Below are positions 9,665 through 20,960 of a stretch of DNA of 64,000 bases, in pieces. Every line of letters starts with the position of its first letter. Position 1 is the stretch's first letter. The position numbers and the translations under genes are program-made. The notes beneath the pieces were generated by a model. It saw only the letters and a program-made list of their open reading frames with translations. It did no database searches and was not told the origin of the DNA. Origin of the DNA: an uncultured Burkholderiaceae bacterium. GTDB lineage: Bacteria; Pseudomonadota; Gammaproteobacteria; Burkholderiales; Burkholderiaceae_F. The stretch covers positions 3,599 through 67,598 of the forward strand of contig CAZNBL010000002.1 of assembly GCA_964571375.1 (NCBI GenBank), written 5' to 3'.

Positions 9665-11347
9665 TCAGTTGTTCGGTTTACGAAGGAAAGAAGGAATATT
9701 GATGGAAGTGACACCGGTTTCAGAATCCTTCTTCTCTTCCTCTTCTGCAGTCTTGGAGGCCGGTGCGTTGCTTGTCCATACACCGCTTCCCTGACCGCCG
9801 CCGAGCGTGACAAAGATGTCCTTAACAGTCTGCTTTTCGCCGATCATGTTGCCGAAGATGGTGTTGTCGCTCTTCTGAGCAGGCATCTGAACATCACCGT
9901 CGGGCAGGGAAATCGGACGGCTCAGACCGCCGCTGATCGATTCGCGTGCAACAGGCTTTGCTTCAACCGGAGCTTCCGGTGCTGCCGGTTCGACCGGAGC
10001 GGCAGGCACGACGGGTTCGGGGGCAGCCGGAGTTACCGGAGCTGCAGGAACAACCGGTTCGACCGGTGCGGAAACCACCGGAGCCACAGGTGCTGTCGGG
10101 GCAACCGGAGCTACAGGTACTGCGGGAGCCACGGGAGCAACCGGAGCGGGTTGAACGGCCGGAGCCGGAGCAACCTCTGCGGGCTTGACGTATGTAAAGG
10201 ATGTCTTCGGAGCCTGATGATTTTCAGGATTCCACTGCGGAGCAACCGGCTTGGCTACGCGCTGAGTCTGACCGAAAAGATCGGCTTCGGATTCAGCCGG
10301 CTTTGCACGACCTGCCGGATGCGGTTCCCAAACACCGCTGCCGGTGTTGGCAACAGCAGACTGCTGCTTGTTGATGTATGTACCGTCGGTACCTGTCTGA
10401 TCGAGACCGGTTGCAATAACGGTAACGCGCATACGGTCGCCCATATTTTCATCAAGCACAGCACCGTAAACGAAGTTGGCGTCCGGATCGGCGAAGTTGC
10501 GGATCGTTTCCATAGCGCGGCGGACTTCGCTCTGCTTGAGGTTGTCGCTTGCGGTAATGTTGACGAGCACGCCCTTGGCACCCTTGAGTGTGACACCTTC
10601 GAGCAGCGGGCAGGCGATGGCTTCGGATGCGGCTGTGATAGCACGATCCTGACCTTCTGCTTCTGCGGCACCCATCATGGCTGTACCGCGTTCGCTCATC
10701 ACGGTTCTGACGTCTTCGAAGTCGGCGTTCACAATACCCGGAGCGTAAATAATTTCAGCAATACCCGAGCAGGCGTTGTAGAGAACTTCGTCGGCCTTCT
10801 CGAAACATTCCTTCATGGTAGCGTCTTCGCCGAGCTCTTCTTCGAGCTTGTCGTTGAGGATGACGATCAGGGAATGAACTCGATTCTTCAGTGCGGCAAG
10901 ACCGGCTTCGGCATTGCGCATACGGCGGGAGCCTTCGAAGCCGAACGGCTTGGTAACCACAGCAACTGTCAGAATACCGAGTTCCTGAGAAACTTCGGCA
11001 ATGATCGGAGCCGCACCGGTACCTGTACCGCCGCCCATACCGGCCGTAATAAAGACCATGTTGGCACCGCGCAGGGCTTCGGCAATTTCTTCACGAGCTT
11101 CGTTAGCTGCCTGTGCGCCCATTTCGGGACGTGCACCGGCGCCGAGACCGCTGGAACCGAGCTGGATCAGCTTCTTTGCCATAGACTGCGAGAGCGCCTG
11201 GCGGTCAGTATTGGCAGCAATATATTCAACTTCGTCCGTTGTCGAACGGCGAATCATGTTATTCAGTGCATTGCCGCCTGCACCGCCTACACCGATAACT
11301 TTGATAACGGTACCGCTGGCACCGTTTTCTAAAATATCAAAAGCCAT
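9665..11347 (-). CDS. ftsZ: Cell division GTPase FtsZ with an unusually long C-terminal linker
   Basis: Tubulin signature [16 protein letters not shown], and conserved C-terminal peptide INIPSFLRK. Start moved from 11359 to ATG 11347 (MAFDILENG). Confidence 0.95.
   Translation of the reverse strand: MAFDILENGASGTVIKVIGVGGAGGNALNNMIRRSTTDEVEYIAANTDRQALSQSMAKKLIQLGSSGLGAGARPEMGAQAANEAREEIAEALRGANMVFITAGMGGGTGTGAAPIIAEVSQELGILTVAVVTKPFGFEGSRRMRNAEAGLAALKNRVHSLIVILNDKLEEELGEDATMKECFEKADEVLYNACSGIAEIIYAPGIVNADFEDVRTVMSERGTAMMGAAEAEGQDRAITAASEAIACPLLEGVTLKGAKGVLVNITASDNLKQSEVRRAMETIRNFADPDANFVYGAVLDENMGDRMRVTVIATGLDQTGTDGTYINKQQSAVANTGSGVWEPHPAGRAKPAESEADLFGQTQRVAKPVAPQWNPENHQAPKTSFTYVKPAEVAPAPAVQPAPVAPVAPAVPVAPVAPTAPVAPVVSAPVEPVVPAAPVTPAAPEPVVPAAPVEPAAPEAPVEAKPVARESISGGLSRPISLPDGDVQMPAQKSDNTIFGNMIGEKQTVKDIFVTLGGGQGSGVWTSNAPASKTAEEEEKKDSETGVTSINIPSFLRKPNN
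9947..10186 (-). repeat. Low-complexity imperfect repeat inside ftsZ encoding an 80-residue Pro/Ala/Val block
   Basis: The plus strand carries about 9 copies of CCGGAGC-like units. It translates as [80 protein letters not shown]. Confidence 0.8.
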
Positions 11348-11423
11348 TAAGCACTCCAATCCGTAGTCCCGAAAGGGACAAGATACATTTCTTTAATTTT
11401 ACATTACCACGCCGATAGTGCTG

Positions 11424-12743
11424 TTAGAAATTTCCGAGGAAAAATCCCTTCATGTAATCCACAGCCGAGCGGAATGCGCTCTTCTTCTGTTCGGTCGTAC
11501 TCTGTCTCCAGTAACGGCGGTTTAATTCATCGAGATAGCCGATTACCGTGGTGTATTCGGGACAGCTGCAGTACGCAAGTTTCTCGGGATAATCGGAACT
11601 GGTGAAAGCCGCACGGGCGTAGTACTTCATCGTCTCGTCGGCAATCAGAGGAGCTGCAATACGTACATTCATTCGGCGGTTGCCGAGATGCTGGCTGAAT
11701 ACTCTCTGAGCCAGGCGGTCGATACCCGGGATTCTGGCGCTGCCGCCGGTAATCACCACACCGTGACCGATGAGCGAAATCATGCCGCGGCTCTTGATGT
11801 CGCTGTAAATATGTTCGAAGCTGTCGAGAACCACGCGCTCCATAATGGCAGCAAGCGACTGATTGCTGAGGACTCTCGGCTGAGGACCGTAGCCGGAGAG
11901 TTCGGGCAACGTCATCTGTCGCTCGGTATCAATGTCCTTTCGGAAATCCAGCAAGCCGAATGTCTTCTTGATCTCTTCGGCTTCCATAGAGGAAAGGCTG
12001 GTAGCCACCGAAATCTCGTCGGTAATATTGTTGCCGCCGAAATTAAAGGCGCGCGAATAGCGTACGGCCTCATCGCTGATAATGCAGGCATCGCTCAGTT
12101 CGGAACCGATATCGATAATCAATGCGCCGAGTTTCTGCTCTTCCTGAGTCAGAAGTACTTTCGCAGGAACCAGAGGATTGAAAAACAGCAGGTTTCGGGT
12201 AAGTTCGATGCCGTTGCGGCGCAGTGCCTTGACCGTGTTCTGGCAGGAACTGGTTTTAGCAGTTACCAGGTGAAGCTTGGCCGTAATACGGGAACCCGTA
12301 AGGCCGACCGGAGACTTGATGCCGCCGTTGTTGTCGACCGAATATTCCTGAGGTACCACGGACAGGTATCCCATCGACGGCGGCAGAGCCGCACCTTTGG
12401 CCATACTGAGCAGCGTATCGACGTCGCTCTGCTCAATTTCATTATGAGACGGCAGATGAGAGATTTCTGTGTTTTCACTCATCACGAAATTGCCGGAAAC
12501 ACCGCTGACCAATTCATTGATCTCGATGCCGGACTTTCTTTCGATCTCGGAAATTACCGCGCGGATCGCATCGACCAGCTTGTTCATGTCCACGACATGA
12601 CCGGCGCGCACACCGCTGCTCATCACTTCGGCCATATCGATCACTCTGAAATGATCGATATCGATCGGCTCGGCCAGAACACAAACAATTTTCGACGAAC
12701 CGATATCAAGAGCCGCCAGCAAATTGCTGGATTTATCTGCCAT
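11424..12743 (-). CDS. ftsA: Cell division protein FtsA
   Basis: Actin-like ATPase start LAALDIGSSKIVCVLAE, located between ftsQ and ftsZ. Start taken at ATG 12743 (MADKSS); alternatives are 12752 and 12770. It overlaps the ftsQ stop. Confidence 0.9.
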   Translation of the reverse strand: MADKSSNLLAALDIGSSKIVCVLAEPIDIDHFRVIDMAEVMSSGVRAGHVVDMNKLVDAIRAVISEIERKSGIEINELVSGVSGNFVMSENTEISHLPSHNEIEQSDVDTLLSMAKGAALPPSMGYLSVVPQEYSVDNNGGIKSPVGLTGSRITAKLHLVTAKTSSCQNTVKALRRNGIELTRNLLFFNPLVPAKVLLTQEEQKLGALIIDIGSELSDACIISDEAVRYSRAFNFGGNNITDEISVATSLSSMEAEEIKKTFGLLDFRKDIDTERQMTLPELSGYGPQPRVLSNQSLAAIMERVVLDSFEHIYSDIKSRGMISLIGHGVVITGGSARIPGIDRLAQRVFSQHLGNRRMNVRIAAPLIADETMKYYARAAFTSSDYPEKLAYCSCPEYTTVIGYLDELNRRYWRQSTTEQKKSAFRSAVDYMKGFFLGNF

Positions 12744-13566
12744 TCTTTTCATCAGAAACAATTCCGTCAATTTCTTCCGGGGCAGCCTCTGGTCTTACCA
12801 CTGCAACCCGGCGGTCATACCTTGCATCAATACGAGTAGGTTCGGCGCCGAAATACGCCTTCATCTTCGGCAGTTCTGCCAGGATTCGGCTGAGTTTGCC
12901 TTCCATCCCGACCTCGGTTTCCAACGTACCGAAAACAATATCGGTTCCGGCGGACTGCCCGCGCTTGATGCCGAGCGTCCAGCCTTTGAATTCATCCATT
13001 TCCAGGGATCGGACAGTTGTGTCATATTTCCTGCCGATTTTTTCCATCGCAAGAAAACGCTCGTAAATAACTGCCGCTTCTTTTTCCGGGCCCTTCAGCC
13101 GGGGCAGCGTACCGTCGCTGTCGGCAACCGCCGTGTTGGTCACAAAGATCTTGCCGCTTTCGGTCAGTACTTCACCGTCGCCCCACAATGCGACAGCCTT
13201 GTGAAGCACAAGCTCCACTGCAATACGGTTCGGCCAAACGCGGGTGACCGAGACATCTTTGACCCAGGGAATATCGACGACCGCATCGCGGATTCTGCGG
13301 ATATCGGCCGTAAAGTAGGTTCCGGTGACATTGCCTCTGAGCTTTTCCGCAACAGTCTGGGCCGATATCACCGAAGTGTTGCCGACAACACTGACATCAA
13401 TGCCCCTGAGCCAAAAATACGGACGCTGAATCAGCCACCAGAGCGATGCGCACAACATAATGAGTACGATCAGCGTCCAGCAGAAGTCAGTCAGGGCACG
13501 AAATGTATTGTCACTCCAACGCTTCATAAAATTCTTTTTCAAGAGGCCCGTGCGGGCTCTCTTCAC
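12733..13566 (-). CDS. ftsQ: Cell division protein FtsQ
   Basis: Single N-terminal transmembrane segment (TLIVLIMLCASLWWLI) followed by a periplasmic domain. Canonical position ddl-ftsQ-ftsA. Confidence 0.85.
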   Translation of the reverse strand: MKRARTGLLKKNFMKRWSDNTFRALTDFCWTLIVLIMLCASLWWLIQRPYFWLRGIDVSVVGNTSVISAQTVAEKLRGNVTGTYFTADIRRIRDAVVDIPWVKDVSVTRVWPNRIAVELVLHKAVALWGDGEVLTESGKIFVTNTAVADSDGTLPRLKGPEKEAAVIYERFLAMEKIGRKYDTTVRSLEMDEFKGWTLGIKRGQSAGTDIVFGTLETEVGMEGKLSRILAELPKMKAYFGAEPTRIDARYDRRVAVVRPEAAPEEIDGIVSDEKNGR

Positions 13567-13632
13567 TACAAAACTACAACTGCTTTTGCCGCCGACACCG
13601 ATTAAACGGCATCGGCGGAATTTGTTTTGCTA

Positions 13633-14583
13633 TCAGGCCTTCAGGGAAGCACCTGCAGCAACTGTCAGCACGAGATCGGCGTAACCGATACCGACAGTGC
13701 GGGCTGCCAGCGGCACCAGAGAGTGCGGTGTCATGCCGGGGGCCGTGTTGATTTCGAGCAGAACGAAGCTGCCGTCCGGACGCAGAATAACGTCGATACG
13801 GCTCCAGCCTTCTGCACCGACGGCCTCGGCTGCCTTCTTGCAGGTTGCCTGAATCTTGGCGGCAACTTCTGCATCGATCGGAGCCGGGCAAAGGTACTCG
13901 GTTTCATCCGAGTAATACTTGTGCTCGAAGTCGTAGTCGCCGCCCGGAGCGCGGATTTCGATAACCGGCAGAGCGCAGAGACCGTTGCCGTCGTGCTGAT
14001 CGAGCATGGCAACTGTCAGTTCGCGGCCGACCACGAGTTCTTCGACGATCACTTCCATATTCTTCTTCTGAGTCTTCTTGAAGACTTCGATCAGAGAAGC
14101 AGGATCTGCATCGTTCAGACGATAAAGACCGATGGAGCTGCCTTCCTTGGAGGGCTTGACGATAAGGTTGCGGCCTAATTCGGCAACAGCCTTTTCGCAG
14201 TCAGCTTCGGAATTGAGGATCATGCCGCGCGGTACGGGAATATCGTTGGCCTGCCAGACAACTTTGGTGGCGCGCTTGTCGATACCGATTGCGGAAGCCT
14301 GAACGCCGCAGCCGGTGTACGGCAGCTGCAGATATTCCATGACGCCCTGAATCACGCCGTCTTCACCGCCTCTGCCGTGAAGAATCATGAATGCGCGGTC
14401 GTAACCGCCGTTCTTAAGATCGTCGAGAGAATCGGTCTGAGGGTCGAACTTTTCAACGTCGGCACCGGATTCCTGCAGGGCACGGAACACACCGTCACCG
14501 CTCATGAGCGACACTTCTCTTTCTGCGGAAATACCGCCGAGTACTACGACAATCTTGCCAAGGGACTTAGGATCAATTTTCAT
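13633..14583 (-). CDS. ddl: D-alanine--D-alanine ligase
   Basis: KIVVVLGGISAEREVSLMSG and LLEINTAPGMT ATP-grasp motifs; 316 aa. Confidence 0.95.
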   Translation of the reverse strand: MKIDPKSLGKIVVVLGGISAEREVSLMSGDGVFRALQESGADVEKFDPQTDSLDDLKNGGYDRAFMILHGRGGEDGVIQGVMEYLQLPYTGCGVQASAIGIDKRATKVVWQANDIPVPRGMILNSEADCEKAVAELGRNLIVKPSKEGSSIGLYRLNDADPASLIEVFKKTQKKNMEVIVEELVVGRELTVAMLDQHDGNGLCALPVIEIRAPGGDYDFEHKYYSDETEYLCPAPIDAEVAAKIQATCKKAAEAVGAEGWSRIDVILRPDGSFVLLEINTAPGMTPHSLVPLAARTVGIGYADLVLTVAAGASLKA

Positions 14584-14584
14584 T

Positions 14585-15973
14585 TTATTTCTTCTCTGCT
14601 ACTAACTTTGCCGGGATAGAGCCGATGTTGCCGGCACCCATCACCAATACGACATCGCCGTTTTCGGCTCTGTCCAGAATTTCTTCCTGCAGTGTCTGCA
14701 GGTCGGGCGCGAAGATCGGAGATACCTTGCCGTCCATACGGATGGCGCGGCACAGACTGCGGCCGTCGGCACCGACGATCGGCTTATCGCCTGCGGCATA
14801 GACTTCGGTGAGGATCAGCTGATCTGCAGAAGACAATACGCGGACGATATCTTCAAAACAATCTCTGGTACGTGTGTAGCGGTGCGGCTGGAAAGCAACC
14901 GTCAGACGTCTGTCGGGGAATGCTCCGCGGGCAGCGGCAATGGTCGCAGCCATTTCGCTCGGATGATGACCGTAATCGTCCACCACCAGGAAGGAACCGC
15001 CGTTCTTTGCGGGAACTTCGCCCCAGATCGAGAAGCGTCTGCCGACACCCTGGAAAACATTGAGCGCTTCGAAAACCGGTTCGTCTTCGAGTTCGAGTAC
15101 CTGAGCAACGCCGATAGCGCCGAGTGCGTTCAGCACATTGTGGCGGCCCGGCAGATTGATACGAACTTCCTTCGGTTCGAATCCGTCGCGCAGCAGCGTG
15201 AACTTCATACCGAGACCGTCGGGACGCACGTCGACGGCACGGATCATCGCATCATCATTGAAGCCGTAAGTCACGACACGGCGGGGAATACGCTCGAGAA
15301 TACTGCGGATATTTTCGTTTTCGGTACAAACCACAGCCACACCGTAGAACGGCAGACGTGTCAGGAACTGTACGAAAGCATCCTTGAGCTTATTAAGGTC
15401 GTGACCGTACGTTTCCATGTGATCGGCATCGATGTTGGTCACCACCGAAATCACCGGAGAAAGGTTAAGGAACGAAGCATCGGATTCGTCTGCCTCGGCC
15501 ACGATGTAATTACCCGTACCGAGCTTGGCGTTGGCGCCGGCAGCATTGAGTCGGCCGCCGATAACAAATGTCGGATCGAGACCGGCCTTACCGAGAATGC
15601 TGGCTACGAGCGATGTGGTAGTTGTCTTGCCGTGTGTACCGGCAATAGCAATACCTTGGCGGAAACGCATCAGCTCTGCGAGCATCACGGCGCGGGGCAC
15701 CACCGGAATATTGCGGCGGCGGGCTTCCTGAACTTCAGGATTGTCTTCGTGAACTGCGCTGGAAATAACCAGAACTTCTGCTTTCTCGAGGTTCTCGGCG
15801 CTGTGTCCCTGATAGATGCGTGCGCCGAGATTCTTTAAGCGTTCCGTCGCGGCGTTGCTGTTCAAATCAGAGCCAGACACTGCATAGCCGAGATTCAGGA
15901 GCACTTCGGCAATACCGTTCATACCGGTGCCGCCGATGCCGACAAAATGGATATTTTTAATTGCGAATTTCAC
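14585..15973 (-). CDS. murC: UDP-N-acetylmuramate--L-alanine ligase
   Basis: [17 protein letters not shown] and [11 protein letters not shown] motifs. Confidence 0.95.
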   Translation of the reverse strand: MKFAIKNIHFVGIGGTGMNGIAEVLLNLGYAVSGSDLNSNAATERLKNLGARIYQGHSAENLEKAEVLVISSAVHEDNPEVQEARRRNIPVVPRAVMLAELMRFRQGIAIAGTHGKTTTTSLVASILGKAGLDPTFVIGGRLNAAGANAKLGTGNYIVAEADESDASFLNLSPVISVVTNIDADHMETYGHDLNKLKDAFVQFLTRLPFYGVAVVCTENENIRSILERIPRRVVTYGFNDDAMIRAVDVRPDGLGMKFTLLRDGFEPKEVRINLPGRHNVLNALGAIGVAQVLELEDEPVFEALNVFQGVGRRFSIWGEVPAKNGGSFLVVDDYGHHPSEMAATIAAARGAFPDRRLTVAFQPHRYTRTRDCFEDIVRVLSSADQLILTEVYAAGDKPIVGADGRSLCRAIRMDGKVSPIFAPDLQTLQEEILDRAENGDVVLVMGAGNIGSIPAKLVAEKK

Positions 15974-15975
15974 TC

Positions 15976-17064
15976 TCAGTTCCTCGGTGATTTAACCAAA
16001 GATTCAATAAAGTCAGCAACGGTTTCAGCCGCATGCGGCTTACCGAGCTTCTTGGCTTTTTCAGCCATTTCCAGCAGCTTCTCACGATTTAAGGAAGCTA
16101 CTGTTTCTGCTAATTTTTCAGCACTCATCTCATCTTGCATCATGCAGATACCGGCACCGGCCGATTCGACATAACGGGCATTGCCGAGCTGATGAGACGT
16201 TGTCTTCACTACCAAAGGTACCATGATGGCAGGAACCCCGGCACTCATCAATTCACTTGCAGAAATAGCACCGGCTCTGGAGATCACCAGATCGCACTTG
16301 GCGTAAGCCGCGGCCATATCGTCGATAAACGGCACGACTTCGGCTTCCACTCCGAGCTGCCTGTAGAGCTCGGATACGGCGGCAACACTGTTGGCACCGC
16401 ACTGATGAGTAATCACCGGACGCTTTTCCTGCGGCAGCTGAGCCATCGCTCTCGGTACAACTTCATTCAGTACCTTTGCGCCGAGAGAACCGCCGAAAAT
16501 CAGTAATTGTAACGGTCCCTTGCGTCCTGCATAACGCTCGGCCGGAGCCGGCAGAGCAGAAATCTCTCCGCGCACCGGATTGCCGGTCACCAGACCGCGG
16601 TCGCCGGCAAGCTCCGCGGCCTTACCGTCGAAACCGCACATAATGCCGGCGGCATTGCCCTGAATCATGCGGATACTCAAAAGCGGATCCGCATCGCTGT
16701 TCATCAGCACATAAGGGATGCCCTGCACGCCGGCCGCAAGAGCCACCGGTACGGCAACATAACCGCCGGTAGAAAAAAGAACCGACGTATCGTTTTCTTT
16801 GAGCAGTCTGCGGGAATCAAAAATACACTTCAGCAGTTTGAAGCCGCCGAAAAGCATTGTCTTCAAACCTTTGCCGCGAAGACCCTGGAAGTTGAGCGCA
16901 TTGAAGGCAATCCCCTGACGTTCCACCAGGCGGCGCTCCATCCCCTGCTCGGTACCGATCCAGGAGACTTCCCAACCGCGGGATTCAAGGATTTTTGCCA
17001 CTGCAATACCGGGCATTACATGTCCGCCGGTACCTGCAGCCGCAATCATTAATTTCTTCGTCAT
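15976..17064 (-). CDS. murG: UDP-GlcNAc:lipid I N-acetylglucosamine transferase
   Basis: N-terminal [11 protein letters not shown]; 362 aa; dcw position. Confidence 0.95.
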   Translation of the reverse strand: MTKKLMIAAAGTGGHVMPGIAVAKILESRGWEVSWIGTEQGMERRLVERQGIAFNALNFQGLRGKGLKTMLFGGFKLLKCIFDSRRLLKENDTSVLFSTGGYVAVPVALAAGVQGIPYVLMNSDADPLLSIRMIQGNAAGIMCGFDGKAAELAGDRGLVTGNPVRGEISALPAPAERYAGRKGPLQLLIFGGSLGAKVLNEVVPRAMAQLPQEKRPVITHQCGANSVAAVSELYRQLGVEAEVVPFIDDMAAAYAKCDLVISRAGAISASELMSAGVPAIMVPLVVKTTSHQLGNARYVESAGAGICMMQDEMSAEKLAETVASLNREKLLEMAEKAKKLGKPHAAETVADFIESLVKSPRN

Positions 17065-18302
17065 ACACTGCCTCCCCGCAGAATGACTTTATTTTCGTAA
17101 TCAACTCTCAATACCAGAGCCACAGCTATCAGTGACGACAGCAGAGCCGAGCCGCCGTAGCTGACAAACGGAAGTGTAAGCCCCTTGGTGGGAAGCAGAC
17201 CGCTTGCTACGCCGACATTGATAAATGTCTGTACACCGAACCAAACCGCTACACCCTGCGCTACCAGGCCGGAAAAAACACGGTCCAGGCGGATCGCTTT
17301 GCGACCGATTTCAAAACAGCGTCGGATCAGCCAGAGGAACAGGAGTAAAACGGCGATAACGCCGACAAAGCCGAGCTCTTCGGCAATAATCGCCATAATA
17401 AAGTCGGTATGAGCTTCCGGCAGATAATGCTGTTTTTCGATCGCGTCTCCGAGACCGACTCCGGTCGTTTCACCGCGGCCGAATGCAATCAGAGAATGCG
17501 AAAGCTGATAGCCCTTGCCGAGCGCATTGCTTTCTTCCCACGGATCGAGATAGGCCATCACTCGGGCCATACGCCAGGGCGAGAGGAAAACCAAAGAACC
17601 GACAACACAGACGACCAAAACAAGAAGGCCGCCGAACAGTTTGAGGTTTAAGCCGCCGATAAAAAGTACGCCGAAGGCAATCGCCACAATCATGATGAGT
17701 GCGCCCAAGTCCGGCTGCATCATCACGAGCCAGGCAACGAGAGCGATTGCAGCACCCATCGGCAGGAATCCCTTACGCAATGAGTGCATAAAGTCCTGCT
17801 TACGGACCGTGAAACTGGCCGCATAAAGCAGAGCCGCCACCTTCATCAGCTCGGTCACCTGCAGATTGAAGATGCCGAGCGGAATCCAGCGCGAAGCACC
17901 GTTGACCTTTCTTCCGACACCGGGAACCAGCACCATGATCAATAAGAAAATCGTAAAGACGAATACCCACGGCGCATATTTGTTCCACTTATTCATCGGC
18001 GTCATGGCTACCGCTACAGCCGCAAGCATTCCGACTGCGACAGAAATTCCCTGACGGATTAAAAAGTGAGTGGTCGAAACGTTGTACTTAGAAGCATCCG
18101 ACAGAGAAATCGAGGCCGAAAAGACCATCAGAGAGCCGATCAGGAGCAGTGTCAGAACAACAAACAGCACTCCCCATTCGGGAGAGACCGGGCCGACATA
18201 GCGTCTGGCACCGTCGCAACCGATGACGGAACCTGCGTCGCCGAATGTACTGACGAACGTTCCGTCTTCGCTCTTTTGTTTCCGTCGGAAAAAACTCAGC
18301 AC
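17061..18302 (-). CDS. ftsW: SEDS-family peptidoglycan polymerase FtsW
   Basis: Polytopic membrane protein with PTKGLTLPFVSYGGSA. It overlaps the murG start by 4 nt. Confidence 0.9.
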   Translation of the reverse strand: MLSFFRRKQKSEDGTFVSTFGDAGSVIGCDGARRYVGPVSPEWGVLFVVLTLLLIGSLMVFSASISLSDASKYNVSTTHFLIRQGISVAVGMLAAVAVAMTPMNKWNKYAPWVFVFTIFLLIMVLVPGVGRKVNGASRWIPLGIFNLQVTELMKVAALLYAASFTVRKQDFMHSLRKGFLPMGAAIALVAWLVMMQPDLGALIMIVAIAFGVLFIGGLNLKLFGGLLVLVVCVVGSLVFLSPWRMARVMAYLDPWEESNALGKGYQLSHSLIAFGRGETTGVGLGDAIEKQHYLPEAHTDFIMAIIAEELGFVGVIAVLLLFLWLIRRCFEIGRKAIRLDRVFSGLVAQGVAVWFGVQTFINVGVASGLLPTKGLTLPFVSYGGSALLSSLIAVALVLRVDYENKVILRGGSV

Positions 18303-19783
18303 GAAGCAACTCCCTGACCGGTCAGTTCACATGCTGCGGCAATAAACTGTTCGGCTCGGTCCGCATAGTCTCTGAACATATCCCAGCTTGCGCATGCCGG
18401 AGAAAGAAGCACCACGTCGCCGGCCTGAGCCATCGCAATACATTCGGCAACCGCGCTCTTCATATCGGAAGCACGGCGCACTTCAAGCGAAGTGCCTTCG
18501 AGCATCTTTTCGAACTTGGGAGTATCGCGCCCGATCAGCACAACTCCTCTTGCGTGTGCTTCGAGCGGAGCGCGAAGCGGATCGAAATCCTGTCCTTTGC
18601 CGTCGCCGCCCAAAATAACCACGATCTTTCGGTCGCCGAAACCGCCGAGTGCGGCAGCTGTTGCACCGACATTGGTACCTTTGGAATCGTCGACGAATTC
18701 AAGCGTTTCGGTTTTCAGAGCTGTCTGTACGCGGTGAGCTTCGCCGCGGTAAACCGCAAGGGTGTTGAGAATAGCCGCAAGATCGATACCGGCAGCAAAG
18801 CAAAGAGCGGAAGCTGCCAGAGCATTCATCGAATTGTGCATGCCGCGGATCGGCAGTTTTTCCTGCGGGATCATGCGCAGCGTTTCAAACGGAACCGGAC
18901 AGCTGCCGGCGGAGCCGCGCTTGGCGCGTTCGCCGCCGAGCATATTGAGGTTGGCAGCGAGCCAAACATGACCGTTTTCACGGATCAGACCCATGGCATT
19001 CAAGCCTTCCGGAGCATCGGTTCCGAAAGTAAATACTTTGCCGCTTCCCGCGCCCTCGGCAAAGGAAAGGCTCATCGGGTCGTTGCGGTTGAGGATACGG
19101 ACGCAGCCGTCGGAGAAGATCTTGGCCTTGCTTGCGGCATAAGCTTCCATCGAACCGTGCCAGTCGATATGGTCTTCGGTAACGTTGAGCAGTGCAGCCG
19201 AAGTGCATCTGAGGCTCTCGGTCGTATCGAGCTGAAAGCTCGAGAGTTCGAGCACCCAGTATTCGGGCAGCTCATTGGCTTTGAGCAGACGGTCGAGTTC
19301 GCTCAGGGCATTCGGTCCGACATTGCCTGCAAAACAGACGGACTTGCCTGCGGCAGCTACGATCGCGGCAGAAAGCATCGTTGTCGTCGTTTTACCGTTG
19401 GTACCGGTAATCGCAATGATCTTCGGGGAATAACCGCGGAATGCCTTCAGGCGGTTCAGTTCTCGGGCAAAGAGTTCGATTTCGCCGACAACCTCGACTC
19501 CCTTTTCTTTTGCCTTGCCGACGATTGCGGCAGCATCGGAATAGTAGGGAGAGAGCCCCGGAGAGATCACCACAAGCGACTCGTCTTCCAGAAGCGAAGC
19601 ATCCATTTTGCCGCCGAAGAACTGCATCTGAGGAATGGTTTCCCGGGCTTTTTCAAGCAGACCGGGCTTGGTACGGGTATCCGCAACCTTCACGCTCCAA
19701 CCGCGTTCGCTCAGAAACTTGGCAGAAACGTAACCGGAGCTGCCCAAACCCAAAATCAGTGCTTTTTTCGAACTCTGCTGCAT
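18296..19783 (-). CDS. murD: UDP-N-acetylmuramoylalanine--D-glutamate ligase
   Basis: ITGTNGKTTT P-loop; 495 aa; its 3' end overlaps the ftsW start by 7 nt. Confidence 0.95.
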   Translation of the reverse strand: MQQSSKKALILGLGSSGYVSAKFLSERGWSVKVADTRTKPGLLEKARETIPQMQFFGGKMDASLLEDESLVVISPGLSPYYSDAAAIVGKAKEKGVEVVGEIELFARELNRLKAFRGYSPKIIAITGTNGKTTTTMLSAAIVAAAGKSVCFAGNVGPNALSELDRLLKANELPEYWVLELSSFQLDTTESLRCTSAALLNVTEDHIDWHGSMEAYAASKAKIFSDGCVRILNRNDPMSLSFAEGAGSGKVFTFGTDAPEGLNAMGLIRENGHVWLAANLNMLGGERAKRGSAGSCPVPFETLRMIPQEKLPIRGMHNSMNALAASALCFAAGIDLAAILNTLAVYRGEAHRVQTALKTETLEFVDDSKGTNVGATAAALGGFGDRKIVVILGGDGKGQDFDPLRAPLEAHARGVVLIGRDTPKFEKMLEGTSLEVRRASDMKSAVAECIAMAQAGDVVLLSPACASWDMFRDYADRAEQFIAAACELTGQGVASC

Positions 19784-19794
19784 TGTCTATGTCC

Positions 19795-20958
19795 TTATCG
19801 AATCTTGAGTGTCGACAGTCCGATTAAGACCAGCACAAAAGAAATAATCCAGAAACGAACCACAACCTGTGTTTCCTTCCAGCCCTTGAGCTCGAAGTGA
19901 TGATGGAGCGGAGCCATCAGGAAGATGCGTTTGCCGTGAGTAGCCTTGAAGTACAGGACCTGAATGATGACGGACAGAGTTTCGACAACGAACACGCCGC
20001 CCATGATGAAAAGAACCAGTTCCTGTCGTGCAATGATGGCCATCGTGCCGAGTGCGCCGCCGAGAGCAAGAGCGCCGACGTCACCCATAAAGACCTGGGC
20101 CGGATAAGCATTGAACCAGAGGAATGCAAGGCCGGCGCCGAGAATGGCGGAACCCACAATCAAAAGTTCGCCGGCACCCGGTACGTACGGGAAGAGCAGA
20201 TAGCTTGCGAAGTCGACGCGGCCGACGCAGTACGCGAAGATACCGAGCGCACTGCCGACCAGAACGATCGGAAGAATCGCAAGACCGTCAAGGCCGTCGG
20301 TCAGATTGACGGCGTTGCTGGTACCGACAATGACAAAGTAACTCAGGATGATGAAGCCCCAGATACCGAGCGGCAGAGAAATGCTCTTGAAGAAAGGAAT
20401 CAGCAGTTCGCTTCTGTCGGGCAGCGGAATCGAGGTGAAACCGTTGGCGGCCCAGTTCTGGATCAGCGTCCAGATATGTTCTGTACCGGGAGCGGCAACC
20501 GCAAACGCCAGGTATACGGAAGCGATGATCGCAATCAGAGACTGCCAGAAGTACTTTTCTCTGGACTTCATGCCTTCCGGGTTGTGATAGACGACCTTGC
20601 GGTAGTCGTCGGTCCAGCCGACGGCACCGAGACTCAATGTCACAAAGAGAACGACCCAGACGAATCGGTTGGAGAGGTCCATCCAAAGCAATGTGGAAAT
20701 CGCAATACCGATCAGAATCAGCACACCGCCCATGGTCGGGGTACCGTCTTTGACCAGATGGCTCTTGGGACCGTAGCCTCGTACGGCCTGACCGATCTTA
20801 AGCGTGCGCAGATAAGCGATCACGCGGCCGCCGAGACCGAGACCGATAAAGAGAGCGGTCAGGGCTGCCATGACGGAACGCATCGACAGGTAATTGAAAA
20901 CACGCAGCCAACCGATGTCATAAGCATCGGAAATCCATTGGAATAATGCCAAAAGCAT
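19795..20958 (-). CDS. mraY: Phospho-N-acetylmuramoyl-pentapeptide transferase
   Basis: [13 protein letters not shown] and HHHFE motifs; polytopic. Confidence 0.95.
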   Translation of the reverse strand: MLLALFQWISDAYDIGWLRVFNYLSMRSVMAALTALFIGLGLGGRVIAYLRTLKIGQAVRGYGPKSHLVKDGTPTMGGVLILIGIAISTLLWMDLSNRFVWVVLFVTLSLGAVGWTDDYRKVVYHNPEGMKSREKYFWQSLIAIIASVYLAFAVAAPGTEHIWTLIQNWAANGFTSIPLPDRSELLIPFFKSISLPLGIWGFIILSYFVIVGTSNAVNLTDGLDGLAILPIVLVGSALGIFAYCVGRVDFASYLLFPYVPGAGELLIVGSAILGAGLAFLWFNAYPAQVFMGDVGALALGGALGTMAIIARQELVLFIMGGVFVVETLSVIIQVLYFKATHGKRIFLMAPLHHHFELKGWKETQVVVRFWIISFVLVLIGLSTLKIR

Positions 20959-20960
20959 TT

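Noticed and set aside
10151-12839. Long plus-strand ORFs opposite ftsZ and ftsA (10151-11332, 11688-12839). Similar cases are 28134-29303 (hemL), 45455-46669 (glyA), 48463-49782 (M23 peptidase), 56046-57425 and 58383-59474 (double uvrA), and 61629-62876 (dcuB).
   Set aside because: All are antisense shadows of confidently identified genes. They have compositionally biased products and no start signals. I treat them as codon-bias artefacts.
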